DNA from: a virus
Lineage: Duplodnaviria; Caudoviricetes
Virus record (IMG/VR): IMGVR_UViG_3300029448_000113
Location: 1 to 39,659 of that record
Direction: 5' to 3' (one strand)
DNA: 39,659 nucleotides
In this document: in pieces, positions 24,101-33,804 of the stretch
How positions within the stretch are numbered: the stretch's first letter is position 1
Layout of the letters: the number at the start of each line of letters is the position of its first letter
Notes under the pieces: model-generated
The model's input: only the letters and a program-made list of their open reading frames with translations
Told to the model about the DNA's origin: nothing
Databases searched by the model: none
Translations under genes and position numbers: made by a program

Positions 24101-27100
24101 TAGACATTGAGTTTTCTACTAGAGTCTTTGACTCCTCTGGAACTTCAGTCTTTGCTTTGATTATATCGAGGACTTCCTCGCCTGATCTAGCCCCTCTCTT
24201 TCTGGCAAACGATCCGGTTATCTCTATGTCGGAGTCATCGAATATGACGTAGTTGTAGTTCCCCTCCCCCTTACTACGGCTTGCTCCGTCTAAGAATTTA
24301 TTACCACGAATACCGTGCTTGAGGAGCATAAGGGATGTGGCTTTGGCGGGCTTAGTTTGGTAATCCCCTTCATCGCGCATTTTATAGGCTAATAGCTGCT
24401 CGATTGTTCGATATATCTGCATACCGCTATTTAAGTTAACTGGAAGTAACTCGCCCAAGTCGTTCTCTAGATTGTCCAAAGATTGCTGAACCTTTTCGCT
24501 TTGCTTAACGCGAGGCTCGTCCAATAGGAGGTACTCATCTTCGGCTGGGGCTAGTTCAACTTTGTATCCTTGGCCTTTCTGTGGAAGTTCAAGCTCTAAA
24601 AACTTATGCAAGCTTTCCGCTAAAACATACCACTCAGGTAGCCAATTAGGGTCAGCAAAGCCTAACTCTTCTGGGGATTGTATCCTTCCGATTTCTTTGT
24701 GAATACGAACTTGCTTTGGTTCCAACAGTAATCCAAAAGCTTCCTCAAATTCCTCTTTAAGACCCGCGTCCATTCCAATCCCTAGACCCCTGTCGTAATC
24801 AATTCTCTCAAGCAAATCCCGCATTACACTTTCTCTTTGTGTATATATGCTGTCAACTGGTTTGGCTTTTAATGTTTGGTCAAAATCTTTTAGCACAGCC
24901 TGAACTATCGGCTCATCGTAACCAGCATAAAAAGCACCTTCCATCGGGCCTGTCCACTCATAATCAACTGTCTCACCCATGTATTTTGGCTCAACAAAAC
25001 CTTCACGATTTCTAAGATTCTTGTAATGCCCGGCAACGCCCTGTCGTGTAGAAAAGTACAGCCCCCAGCCAAACGCTTGAGCACCCTCACCTGTTCCCAT
25101 GAAGCCAGTGTCAAACCTGTCAAATCTTTCCCCCCTTGGTGAGCCGTGGTATGCAGCAGCGAACAATGCTAGGTCACTTCTAATTGCCTTCCAAACCTCT
25201 GGGCTGTACTCAATAACCAAGTTCTCGTTTATGCTAGACTTGCTCGCCTTATCCAGAACAAAGCTAGAACCATTAGCAAAGTATAGATTCTTGCTGTAGG
25301 TCAGAACCAAGCCGCTAGTCTTACCAGCAAACTGATTAACGTAAACCTTACCGTACCCTTCCGGTGAGCGTAATGGGATCGGAACTTTCTCGGCATTGAG
25401 TCTAGGTCTGCGAGAATAAGTAGCCCTCTTCCTTACTGATTCAGACAGGTGCAGTGCCACCTCTTCAAGTATACTACCGCGAGCAGCGTCTAACCCAAGG
25501 GCTTCTGATATAAGCTCAAGGATTCTATTGAAAGCCGTGCGGATTATACCCTGATCTCTAACCTGAATACTCGATAGTAACTCTTGGACTTGCGGGTCTG
25601 AGATAGCGTGAGCAATGAACTCCCTGTTGTCCTGCAAGAAGTACCTATCAATGTCTGACCCACGCTTGTCTAACTCAGCAGTTACCTGTTCCCGAAGCTT
25701 TGTGAGCCTAGAGTTTATACCCTTATCCTTGTGTACATCAAAGGTTACAGAGTGGATGAACTCCTCAAGAAGCGTGTCAAAGTTCTCTACATCATCACTT
25801 ATCCGTGTCGGGTCAATTACAATCTGGTCGTTTATCTGGTCGTACATACCAGCACCAGCAATAGGATTCTCCATGCTCGCTAGGAAAACATCTGGGCTGT
25901 GACCTTTCTCGAAAAGATATTTTACCAGCGGTTGAATCCTCTTGGCTCTCGCCCTAGCCTCACCCTTCAAGGGAGCGAAAACTGTGTCAAAGGCTTCTGA
26001 GATATTAAAGTTACCCTTCTGCTTGCCATACCTTACCAAAGAGTTCTCAGTGAACATATCGACGTATGGCCTGTTCTTTCTACCTCTTGAGAATAAACCA
26101 ACCTCGTCAAACGCTGTTCGCAAATCTTTCCTAGTAAGGAACACATCCTGAAACTCCCTTTGAGAATCATGGAAGGCACGGAGATACCTGTTCTCCATAT
26201 CAAGCATCATCTTACTGATCCGCTTATTGCTGTACTTCTTAGCAACTTTAGCGGCGGTCATCTTCGGGTCATAGCTTGCTGTCTTAGAACTAGGATCACC
26301 GATTGCGTTTAGGTAAGGAGGAACAGATTCCATTACCTCACCGTTAATCTTCACCTCAATGCCACGCTTGCTTCTTTCTACGCGACTATCCCTGACGCTG
26401 ACGATCTTGTTTATCTGCCGTCGGATTTCGTTCATCCGTGTCCCTCTGGACTTCTGACCTGCAAGCTCGTTGTTTAGCTTTTTAAGTAATACTTGGTTGC
26501 GCCAAATCTCTTTCTTAATCACAGACTGCCTAGCTAGTAGCTCGCCTAAATATTCCTTAACATTCCTCTCGACCCAGTTAGCTTTCTCAAAGCCCTTAGC
26601 ACCCTTAGCCCATTTAGGTCGCCTACTAGCTATGGTAAGAGGAACTGTCTGGTTGCCCCTTCGGATGCCCCACTGGAATGGCTGTCCTTTAATAACATTA
26701 CCACCCGTCTCTGGGTCTAGGGATACAAAGCCGCCACCTATCTGTGGGCCAGTGCCAATGCCTCCCATCTTTACTTTTATCTTAGTGTTAGCCTCAGATG
26801 CTACTACATTGTTTTCCTCAAAGCCCTCGAACTGAGCTTTAATAGCGTCATCACTCCACTTAATAAAATAACCAGACCACTTGGGGGATTCGGGGGTGGA
26901 TAGGTTTTGGGAAATCCAGTTAAGTGCTTCAGCGAATTTACCCTTAGACTCCTTGCCTAGCTCGCTATATCTGTTGGGAGATATTTCTGGGCCTAACTCT
27001 CTCAGGTTCATCATCTCGCTAAGAACCAATCTCCTAACGTGCTGCTTAAACCTTTTACCGTTAAGCTCATCTATCTTCTTACGAATCTGTATTGCTTCTT

Positions 27101-30100
27101 CCTTTAGCTGGTACAGATCAGACTCGACCTTTGGCCTATCCTTCTGGGCCTTCATCCTCCAATCAACCCTGTTGGCGAACTCAGGAATAATTACCTTAGT
27201 GTAAATATCTTGGTTGACCCTAGAGTAATGCCACCAAGGCTGATCCTTCCAGCCAGACAGAGACTCAGGAGACTCATCCTCATGCAACCTTTTCCTGAAG
27301 TCGGACAAGAAAGACCTTACAGCAATCTTGGTCGCCTCCATTGCCCGTATCTTTTTGCTCCCCATGCCAGACATCTCGGCACTACCGGAGTGGTATTCCT
27401 CTATAGCAAGGTCTAGCTTCGTAAGGTCTGCACCCTCGACTCCTGCTTCAGCCTCAACAAACTCTTCTCCATCAAAAATAATGTCTGGGTATCTTGAATC
27501 AGTTTCAGCCTCTCCGGTTATGTCAGCCCTAAATCCACCTTCCTCTCTAAGATCATCCCATCCGGTCATGCTGCCTTCTGAGAACTCACTCGCTGTACGG
27601 CTCGCTGTTACCCCTCCTGCTATGTTTCGGGACTCACCTCCTGCTACACGAATCTGCTTCTTAGACCTACGCTTGCGTTCCTGCTCTGAAAGCCTCTTAC
27701 CTTTAGTTGACTGACCTCCCTTAACTGACTCGATCCTAGCCTCCTCTCTTCGCCGTGCTCGAACCTGATCCAAGAAGTTTCTTTTTAGAATAGCCGCACC
27801 GGATATAGGTGCTTTGGTTCTGGCTACTCGCATTATGTCAGGGCTTAGAGCGGCTTGCTCAGGGGTAGCACCACGACTTATCTCGTTGTCCATTACCTCT
27901 TCTGCTCTGCGTCTTAGCTCCTCAATCATACCCGCCCTGAACTGAACCCTACCCTCTTCAGTTGTAGTTCCTTGAGCGTATGTGTTAAATCCGTGGAGAG
28001 CATCGTAAGCCATGTCGTATGCTTCATCTCCAAACTCTCTTACATTACCTGCCGCAAGCTTCAGTGCGGAACGACGAGCACCCTCAAAGTAATTTATCTT
28101 TTCTATGGCTCCCGTTTGAGGATCAATAGCATTCCAACGCTTGCCCCAGTTATTGCTTTCAATGCCCCAAGAACCGTAAATGGATATAGGGAAGTCCTTT
28201 GACTCAAGCTTTTGAAGTAACGGGTGAGGCTGTCTGCCTTTCATCTGGTTATCTTCTGCCATTGACTTAGTGTGAAGATTGCCAGTGAGAAGCTTGTTGA
28301 GTTCGTCAGGGGAAATCTCAAGCTCCTGCTCAAGAACTAAGTCCTCCCGCTCTGGCCTCTTGCCCTGAGTAAAGCCTAAAAGCTCACGCTCGGATGACTC
28401 GGCTGGGTCGGTAGACATTACCTGTTTGCCTATGCGTTGCTCTAAGCCCCTTATGTCACCTTCACCGCCATACTCTCTAGCGAACTGAGGTTGCCCACCG
28501 AAAATACCTTGATCGGGAATTTGGGCATCACCCCTCTTACCGACTCTGCGAACACTCCTCTTAGCTTGTGGCTTGTCAAGAGCCTCTGGGAACTCCTCAA
28601 ACATTGCGTCCTGCTGAGTAGCGGGATCACCTATCTGCCCCATCTCCTCCTCTGTAGGTCTTAGCTCATTAGGAAATAGCTCTGCTGGTAAAGAGTAGAA
28701 ACCACCGCCCTCACCCGAATCTTCTGGCGTCTCTGGCGCAAATAGATCGCCTTGATTAGGGTCGCCCTTCCTTCTCCTAGCAAACGCTACTGTGTCATCT
28801 TCGCTTGCTGGTGTAACCTTTTTGGCTATTCCTTTTAGAGCTTCATTTTCTAAGTGATCGCCTATAGTTACGATGGCGTTTGTCTCATCAGCAGTAAGGT
28901 TATCCTGCCAGAACGGATCGTTAACTACAGCCACGGCGGTTTCGTCAAAAGTATTATATTCAGCTAGTCCGTCATTTAAGTTTTTGATTAGCTCTTCAGC
29001 CTTATCCCCATCTAGCTCGGAAAGGTTTTGGTACTTTGTAATATCCTTCCAGCTTTTGATTTCTGAAAGAGCCTCTAATTGAGCGGCACGGGCCTCGGCT
29101 AACCTTTGCTCGCCCTTCTCGAAAGCTGCTTGTGGATTGAGCCCCTGTATAACGTAGCCTTTATCAGCTAGTTTTTTCTCGACCTCCTTACCTTTAGTTA
29201 GAAGAGATGCATCGTTTTCAATTTCAACACCGCCCTCTTCAAGAGTTTTATTCCTAAGTTCATCGGCGGTTTTCTCGTCACCCCCCTTTAAGGCAGACCT
29301 ATACTTGTTGATAGATGAGCGTTTCCCGATAATGTAATCAGTGCCTCGACGTTGGCTCTCAGATTCCCCTACCTGCTGACTCGGCCTGACGGGTGGGCCA
29401 TAACCTCGATCACCCATCCACATATTCAAAGCCCTGTTAGCGTCGGCTTTACTCATCCTGCCCATAGCACCCATCTCGCTTGGAGGGGTCTTGCCTTGAG
29501 CTTCTGACTCAAACACTTCATCTACATGGGTGTTAATTACATCGCCCTGTAACTGAGTGTAGTAACCTGAGTTAACTAGCTTCTGAGTTTCTGCCTTAAT
29601 AGAATCAGCGTCCACCCCAGCCTTTCGCCTATCCCTAATAATACCGTTCAGGGCTTTTGAGTGATCGGCAGACATATCTTTAGTCAGGTTAGCTGCGCCG
29701 ATCTCAAGCGGAGCCATACCAAACTCAGCGATGCCCTCTAGGAATACACTCTTCCAATCGTTAATCTTACCCTCGGAACTAAGCTGCCCGAAAAATTCCC
29801 CAGATGCTCCGAGTGTGCTTTGGAAGGCGAGCGGTGCAGCCATCGGCGCAGCTTTTTGTGTTCCCAGTAATCCTATCCTTGCCGCGTTATTTAGTAAGCC
29901 TTCCTTGCCTACCATAACCTTAGCCCTACTACCTGCGGCATTGGCAATTCTTACGCCAGCATTAACCCCTCTACCAGCTAGGCCCATAGATAGAGTGTCG
30001 AACATGGCAATAGGTATGCCGTACTTTGCTGCCTTGCTTCTGGCTTTCTTTAATGTTTCAGGATCATTGAGAGAATTAAACAAAGCTTCAGGGTCATCCA

Positions 30101-30836
30101 TTACGTTGCGACCAACCGTTGCTTCGATTGTCTCAAGAAACTTAGATGAGGCGGATAGGTCGTAAGATGTTTTACCTAATCCACCTGCTGCACCCCAAAA
30201 CGCACCGACACCCGCAGTAGCACCAGCAAGAGGCCCACCTATAGCACCAGCAGCAGCACCAGTAGCAGCACCAGTAGCAGCACCACCAGCAACATTCTTC
30301 CAGCCGTTGTGAAGTAGCGCAGCCATAGATTCAGTGACTACCTCACCTATAATGTAAGGGGTTTCTTTTAGCCCCCAAAACTCACCCCAAGATTTAATGA
30401 ACCCATCAGCCTCTTGGAACTCTCTAAACTCGTCAGATACTTCTAAGTCCTCTAACTCTTTTCTTATCTCAATTAAGTTGCGAGCGTCATCTACAGTAAA
30501 CTCTTTATTGACCCCAGAGAATGAAGTAACAATATCCGCTTGCTTAGACATTAAGATGCCACGTTTGGCTGGGTCTTTAAGCAGTGTGCCGAATATGCCT
30601 CGCTCTTCCTCTGGCTTCTCCATTGCTTGCTGGAAGCCCTGAACAGTCTGCCTATCGAAAGCAGCACCATTCTCCCTGTCCTTGATTCTCTGGTAAGAGT
30701 CCCTGTACTGGTTAAGCTCAGGGTGTGATCTCCAAGCGTCTGGGTCTTTAGTCAGAATAGCAATCCCAAGCTGGGCATCAGTGTACTCAGCTTGATCTGG
30801 ATACCGCTGCCGCCACCAATCAAATATAGAAGTCAT
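21111..30836 (-). CDS. Giant virion-ejected polyvalent protein (3241 aa) with zincin-like, ADP-ribosyltransferase-like and C-terminal LPD38-like modules
   Basis: N-terminal Gly/Ala hydrophobic ejection segment; TLLEEFIH..EFIAHA; AYHGSP..GTGEGAQAFGWGLYF..NYVIFD; C-terminal YIRIPR..PIEVLSNRNFF..PIVP. Last gene of the virion arm. Confidence 0.85.
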   Translation of the reverse strand: MTSIFDWWRQRYPDQAEYTDAQLGIAILTKDPDAWRSHPELNQYRDSYQRIKDRENGAAFDRQTVQGFQQAMEKPEEERGIFGTLLKDPAKRGILMSKQADIVTSFSGVNKEFTVDDARNLIEIRKELEDLEVSDEFREFQEADGFIKSWGEFWGLKETPYIIGEVVTESMAALLHNGWKNVAGGAATGAATGAAAGAIGGPLAGATAGVGAFWGAAGGLGKTSYDLSASSKFLETIEATVGRNVMDDPEALFNSLNDPETLKKARSKAAKYGIPIAMFDTLSMGLAGRGVNAGVRIANAAGSRAKVMVGKEGLLNNAARIGLLGTQKAAPMAAPLAFQSTLGASGEFFGQLSSEGKINDWKSVFLEGIAEFGMAPLEIGAANLTKDMSADHSKALNGIIRDRRKAGVDADSIKAETQKLVNSGYYTQLQGDVINTHVDEVFESEAQGKTPPSEMGAMGRMSKADANRALNMWMGDRGYGPPVRPSQQVGESESQRRGTDYIIGKRSSINKYRSALKGGDEKTADELRNKTLEEGGVEIENDASLLTKGKEVEKKLADKGYVIQGLNPQAAFEKGEQRLAEARAAQLEALSEIKSWKDITKYQNLSELDGDKAEELIKNLNDGLAEYNTFDETAVAVVNDPFWQDNLTADETNAIVTIGDHLENEALKGIAKKVTPASEDDTVAFARRRKGDPNQGDLFAPETPEDSGEGGGFYSLPAELFPNELRPTEEEMGQIGDPATQQDAMFEEFPEALDKPQAKRSVRRVGKRGDAQIPDQGIFGGQPQFAREYGGEGDIRGLEQRIGKQVMSTDPAESSERELLGFTQGKRPEREDLVLEQELEISPDELNKLLTGNLHTKSMAEDNQMKGRQPHPLLQKLESKDFPISIYGSWGIESNNWGKRWNAIDPQTGAIEKINYFEGARRSALKLAAGNVREFGDEAYDMAYDALHGFNTYAQGTTTEEGRVQFRAGMIEELRRRAEEVMDNEISRGATPEQAALSPDIMRVARTKAPISGAAILKRNFLDQVRARRREEARIESVKGGQSTKGKRLSEQERKRRSKKQIRVAGGESRNIAGGVTASRTASEFSEGSMTGWDDLREEGGFRADITGEAETDSRYPDIIFDGEEFVEAEAGVEGADLTKLDLAIEEYHSGSAEMSGMGSKKIRAMEATKIAVRSFLSDFRKRLHEDESPESLSGWKDQPWWHYSRVNQDIYTKVIIPEFANRVDWRMKAQKDRPKVESDLYQLKEEAIQIRKKIDELNGKRFKQHVRRLVLSEMMNLRELGPEISPNRYSELGKESKGKFAEALNWISQNLSTPESPKWSGYFIKWSDDAIKAQFEGFEENNVVASEANTKIKVKMGGIGTGPQIGGGFVSLDPETGGNVIKGQPFQWGIRRGNQTVPLTIASRRPKWAKGAKGFEKANWVERNVKEYLGELLARQSVIKKEIWRNQVLLKKLNNELAGQKSRGTRMNEIRRQINKIVSVRDSRVERSKRGIEVKINGEVMESVPPYLNAIGDPSSKTASYDPKMTAAKVAKKYSNKRISKMMLDMENRYLRAFHDSQREFQDVFLTRKDLRTAFDEVGLFSRGRKNRPYVDMFTENSLVRYGKQKGNFNISEAFDTVFAPLKGEARARAKRIQPLVKYLFEKGHSPDVFLASMENPIAGAGMYDQINDQIVIDPTRISDDVENFDTLLEEFIHSVTFDVHKDKGINSRLTKLREQVTAELDKRGSDIDRYFLQDNREFIAHAISDPQVQELLSSIQVRDQGIIRTAFNRILELISEALGLDAARGSILEEVALHLSESVRKRATYSRRPRLNAEKVPIPLRSPEGYGKVYVNQFAGKTSGLVLTYSKNLYFANGSSFVLDKASKSSINENLVIEYSPEVWKAIRSDLALFAAAYHGSPRGERFDRFDTGFMGTGEGAQAFGWGLYFSTRQGVAGHYKNLRNREGFVEPKYMGETVDYEWTGPMEGAFYAGYDEPIVQAVLKDFDQTLKAKPVDSIYTQRESVMRDLLERIDYDRGLGIGMDAGLKEEFEEAFGLLLEPKQVRIHKEIGRIQSPEELGFADPNWLPEWYVLAESLHKFLELELPQKGQGYKVELAPAEDEYLLLDEPRVKQSEKVQQSLDNLENDLGELLPVNLNSGMQIYRTIEQLLAYKMRDEGDYQTKPAKATSLMLLKHGIRGNKFLDGASRSKGEGNYNYVIFDDSDIEITGSFARKRGARSGEEVLDIIKAKTEVPEESKTLVENSMSTWDKFKSAFVSSQHPWEVLQKVVDKTSLQGKTNLAHLAELQAGAAPKADWDVQVMERDVEGALGRASGMIDDEWSDFIILERIKSRLIDQQTKMGELEPRLRQFQDKSNWVLDEKGDPIEFDLRDDNQDFWVVDGIKKTRDELEMEYLRILGISKEVAPYKDWNSFKDDYYSGINFLKDKIADPEVLDMVNGEVTGKFVDAQEQYHSHMEGALMKLRQAGVLSPTLYNSIQRSTSFYVPFYVVRYFNRNPEDTFGQTIKGITDVGETIVKPMDAGRFKIYYSTLRAEKNEYIKKIDLWRNDFDPDGNHITRIIDPEDLSEGSGKGALMFYENGRKRYIGLDKRVTDVANRFTPVSASQAHRAMKVFGDIFKMGATGVNIFFQAFNFAMFDPIRLLTTSRAGMKNRDKGLNPWVLAQQYIRAMMAASWANLTPNSIKNLMSEKSPEFTQSLDNLYSEFINSGAAGSTIAEYFHKPDHIRDVLSGEKLSRKNPLTAVTAKLSQFGKTLEQTSKMVGMQRMMGFEEIEKLRSKMDKAKTSAAKVAIKNQIDEKMDFIATEIRNFAGSPDFLRQGEVTKNEALNILFLFFNARIQGVERDLSRLSKVFSGTSQEKGEALMVGMKISAFAVLPTIWAWSMNRRNEDREDDYDQISDEDKKNYIHIPLGEYFEHPYIEGKMVADYIRIPRRETFGLFSYTMEKALDWYYQKDPQAVSEMLGHWVEASMPVNVAGVTDGEVIKTGESVMSSLNPILKGPIEVLSNRNFFRHKPIVPPSLERADVSQQFFDKTPNIYRNVHFGLGALRMEHMVNGLTAGLLTQFTPPENTGIPNQDGTMPIGRTLSSTPLLSRLARSTFLKETELDEILNDENKLDATQRVMRRRVVDKFMTDTRGMTIQDRVRMLPVPRNSNEELVNMAVIRRLREMALGLEPDEIRLKNSSSAARASVVLKKMQGLQPAEVKVYLTDLASKKILTQDVANVLMEKMAMRGESMSDYITEPVR

Positions 30837-30839
30837 TGC

Positions 30840-32822
30840 TTAATCTTTGCTCAGGGAGTCATATTCCTTCTGGAGTTTAATAACAAGTGCGTTGGCTTTC
30901 TTAACGTCTGCTTTGGTTACACCGCTCTTGCCGACAGGTGGCATTCTGGAAAGATCGTACTTAGCCTTATTAAGATTATTTAATGCTCTTTGTTTTTTTT
31001 CGTCGAACTCTTTCTGTGCTTTCTCTTCCTTGTTCATCTTCTCCCTGTACTCACGGCCCTTAGCAAAATCTTCTTCTGTAAGTCTTTCGCCTTTAATCCC
31101 CATAGGGACTCTAGTTTTACCATCCTCAAGGAGCATATAATCCACCCCCTCAATTGGCTCATGTGGGGTAGGTGCTGGTTGATCGGGCGGTGCGGCTGGC
31201 ACTCCGGTATTATTGTTTGGCAGAATCATTTCCGTTGGCCCCATTTGCTCACTTGTTGGCTGCTCAGAGCGAGGGGATTGAGAGGGTGAGGGGGCGAGGA
31301 ATGGGTTGCCAAGCTTCCATCCGTTAAGGAAATTAAATGTTTCTTGCGCGGTGGCTGGATCAAATTTCTCCCATTCGGTTTTAGGCACACCTGTAAGATT
31401 CAGTCCTGACGGGCTTATGATTCTTGTTTCACTGTAAGGTACGGTTTGTGGCCCCGTGGGCTCGTTAGCAAATGTAACACCACCACCGCCTTGGGAAACA
31501 ACCCTATCACCGTAAGTCATCTGAAACTGAGAAGGCCCGTACCTAGCTAGTGTGGATTTCTTTAAGTTCTCCCAAGCAGGAAGAGTTGCGCCCATATCAA
31601 GTACCATGTTCTTAATTGGTTCGCCTGTGTCCTTATTGAATAGCGTTTCCTCCTTGCCTTCCACAATATGAGTTCTATATGGCTTAGTCGGGTGCTCCAT
31701 GAATTTTAGAGCCCTTTGAAACTCAACATTATCAGGGTCTATTAAATGAGAAATACCATTCTTCCTTGCGTCCTCTTCTATAAAGAACCTAGTAATCATA
31801 CCATCGACACCATACTGCCCTTGCGTAGCTCTAATTTGCTCTAGCTCTGGGCCATATTTTTTTGCATCAATGGAAATTTTAGCAACAGCTACCATATCGT
31901 CGTACTTGAGCTTTGCCTTACCTGCTTCTGAGTTTTGTAATCTAGCAAAATGCTCCTTGAATCCAGCACCTAACTGTTCTCTTCTATTAGCGATGTGAGC
32001 CTGAGTAGAAGCATTCCCTCCCGTGTAAGTAGTAATACGGTCAAGCTCGGTAATGAGTCTGCCCCTAAAGTCAGGAAAGCTTTCGCCCTCTTTCGGCCCC
32101 GCCACCATGATTTCGTTAAAGGCTGTGGCTCCTTTTTCAAATTCCTCCTTGTGCTTGATGGCAGTGTCAGCACTCTTAGCACCTTCTTCAGCTTTGTTTA
32201 AGTTAAAAGCAGCAATTTTAAGATTAGCCTCCGATTGCTTTAATGAGGCAGCAGCTTCCTTTCGCTTTATGGCTCGATCCTGTTCAGCGTTTTTGTCGTA
32301 ATCATTAGCCTTAGCCAGAGCAAGATTTGCGTCAGCTTCCTTCTGTGTAGCTTCAGCCTTAGACTTTTTAAGGTAATCATCGGAAAGCTGCTGATACCCC
32401 ACATCATCAATACCAGAACGAATCTTCTTTGTGTGTTGGTTTTCTTGGGCTAGTTTATTTGCCTCCTGCTTGGCTTGCCTTGCCTTGGCTGCTCCCTCTT
32501 TAACGGCAGACTTTTCTTTCTTCTGGAACATACCCTGCAACGGCCCCTTTTCTTTCTTGAAATCTGACGCTAAATCTGGAACTGCATCAACTTGATCCTG
32601 CTGCTCTTGGGTTAAGGTCGGCGCAGCTTCATAGTAACCATCTCGCTCCCTAGCATCTTCCTCATTTTTCCTTCTGCGAGCCTCTTGCCTATTGACAGAC
32701 GCAGCGGCGTTGTTTGCTCTGCGGGAGGCTTTGTCATTTTTCTTTTGACGCTTATCTGTCCTGCGTTGGCGGGCTCTGTCCATAATGTCTTGCCCTGCTT
32801 TCCAGCCAAATTCAAAACTCAT
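30840..32822 (-). CDS. Internal virion / DNA ejection protein (660 aa)
   Basis: MSFEFGWKAG N-terminus and long K/A/E coiled coils; lies just before the giant protein. Confidence 0.65.
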   Translation of the reverse strand: MSFEFGWKAGQDIMDRARQRRTDKRQKKNDKASRRANNAAASVNRQEARRRKNEEDARERDGYYEAAPTLTQEQQDQVDAVPDLASDFKKEKGPLQGMFQKKEKSAVKEGAAKARQAKQEANKLAQENQHTKKIRSGIDDVGYQQLSDDYLKKSKAEATQKEADANLALAKANDYDKNAEQDRAIKRKEAAASLKQSEANLKIAAFNLNKAEEGAKSADTAIKHKEEFEKGATAFNEIMVAGPKEGESFPDFRGRLITELDRITTYTGGNASTQAHIANRREQLGAGFKEHFARLQNSEAGKAKLKYDDMVAVAKISIDAKKYGPELEQIRATQGQYGVDGMITRFFIEEDARKNGISHLIDPDNVEFQRALKFMEHPTKPYRTHIVEGKEETLFNKDTGEPIKNMVLDMGATLPAWENLKKSTLARYGPSQFQMTYGDRVVSQGGGGVTFANEPTGPQTVPYSETRIISPSGLNLTGVPKTEWEKFDPATAQETFNFLNGWKLGNPFLAPSPSQSPRSEQPTSEQMGPTEMILPNNNTGVPAAPPDQPAPTPHEPIEGVDYMLLEDGKTRVPMGIKGERLTEEDFAKGREYREKMNKEEKAQKEFDEKKQRALNNLNKAKYDLSRMPPVGKSGVTKADVKKANALVIKLQKEYDSLSKD

Positions 32823-32838
32823 AATAATATCTCCTTAT

Positions 32839-33804
32839 CTACCCTTTTAGAAAATTACCAAACCCCTTAGCGAAACTACCTTTAGCAGCACTGCCAGAAA
32901 TAGCAGTTCCTATTCCTCCGGTTACTGCGCCAAGACCGATATTAGCCACACCTCCCAGCACTGCACCGAATGGATCACTTTGGTTAGCCATCTGAGTGCC
33001 GTATATCTGAGCCTGTGTCCCAAATATGTTAGAGGCAAAGGAAGTAGCCTGAGCCCCAGCGTTAGCATTCAGACCGATACCAGCACCTAGCCCTTGTCCC
33101 ATCATAGGAGCAGCACCCTGTTGAGCACCTGCCACCTGACCGAACTGCGCTGTCTGCGGCTGACCCACATAAGAGCGAGCCATGTTCATGCGCTGAGTAA
33201 GAAGCTGTCGGCCCATGTTATACTGCGAGAGAGTCTCCTGAATAGCAGGGGCAGTTCCAAGCATAGGCCCACCGCGAGCAGCAGAGGATCGTCGGAATGC
33301 CTGTTCAGCAAACTTAACCTCTTCGTCAGACAACTGCGTACCCTTCTCTAGCTCACTCAATGTCATCTCAGCTAGTCGCCGCCGTACCTTAAACCCAACA
33401 GGATCAGACTCCTCAATACGTTTCAACGCTTGGTCAGCAAAGTCAGCACCGTACTTCTTCTGGATGTCCAAGGCAGTCTGAGCCATTGAGTCAGCACTCT
33501 GCCTGTAGGCTTCTAGGTTAGTTACCTGCTGGTCTAGGTCAGATATGCCACGGAAGTCGTACTCAATAGTCTCGCCACCTACAGTAATAGATCCGAACCC
33601 GCCCATCTTAGCCGCAGCTTCAATAGCTTTACGGGCAGGTAAGGTTCGGATGTCGGCCATGATACCTTCTCGGTTGGCCTCTGCATAATTAGGAGCGGCA
33701 GGAGGAGGTGGTGTGCCTTTGTTGACAGCATCAGCAGCAGCCCAATACCTTTCACGGTAAGAGTCTGTAATGCCCTTTGCTATTTCAAGAAGCTTGTTGT
33801 ACAT
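32839..33804 (-). CDS. Internal virion / pilot (DNA transfer) protein (321 aa)
   Basis: PPPPAAPNYAEA motif, SAARG, Q/A/G-rich body and a Gly-rich hydrophobic C-terminus. Confidence 0.7.
   Translation of the reverse strand: MYNKLLEIAKGITDSYRERYWAAADAVNKGTPPPPAAPNYAEANREGIMADIRTLPARKAIEAAAKMGGFGSITVGGETIEYDFRGISDLDQQVTNLEAYRQSADSMAQTALDIQKKYGADFADQALKRIEESDPVGFKVRRRLAEMTLSELEKGTQLSDEEVKFAEQAFRRSSAARGGPMLGTAPAIQETLSQYNMGRQLLTQRMNMARSYVGQPQTAQFGQVAGAQQGAAPMMGQGLGAGIGLNANAGAQATSFASNIFGTQAQIYGTQMANQSDPFGAVLGGVANIGLGAVTGGIGTAISGSAAKGSFAKGFGNFLKG

Noticed and set aside
21111-30836. Giant protein as an N4-type virion RNA polymerase
   Set aside because: Similar size and an N4-type capsid, but I found no T7-like polymerase motifs A, B or C. 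The motifs present fit a polyvalent LPD38-type protein.
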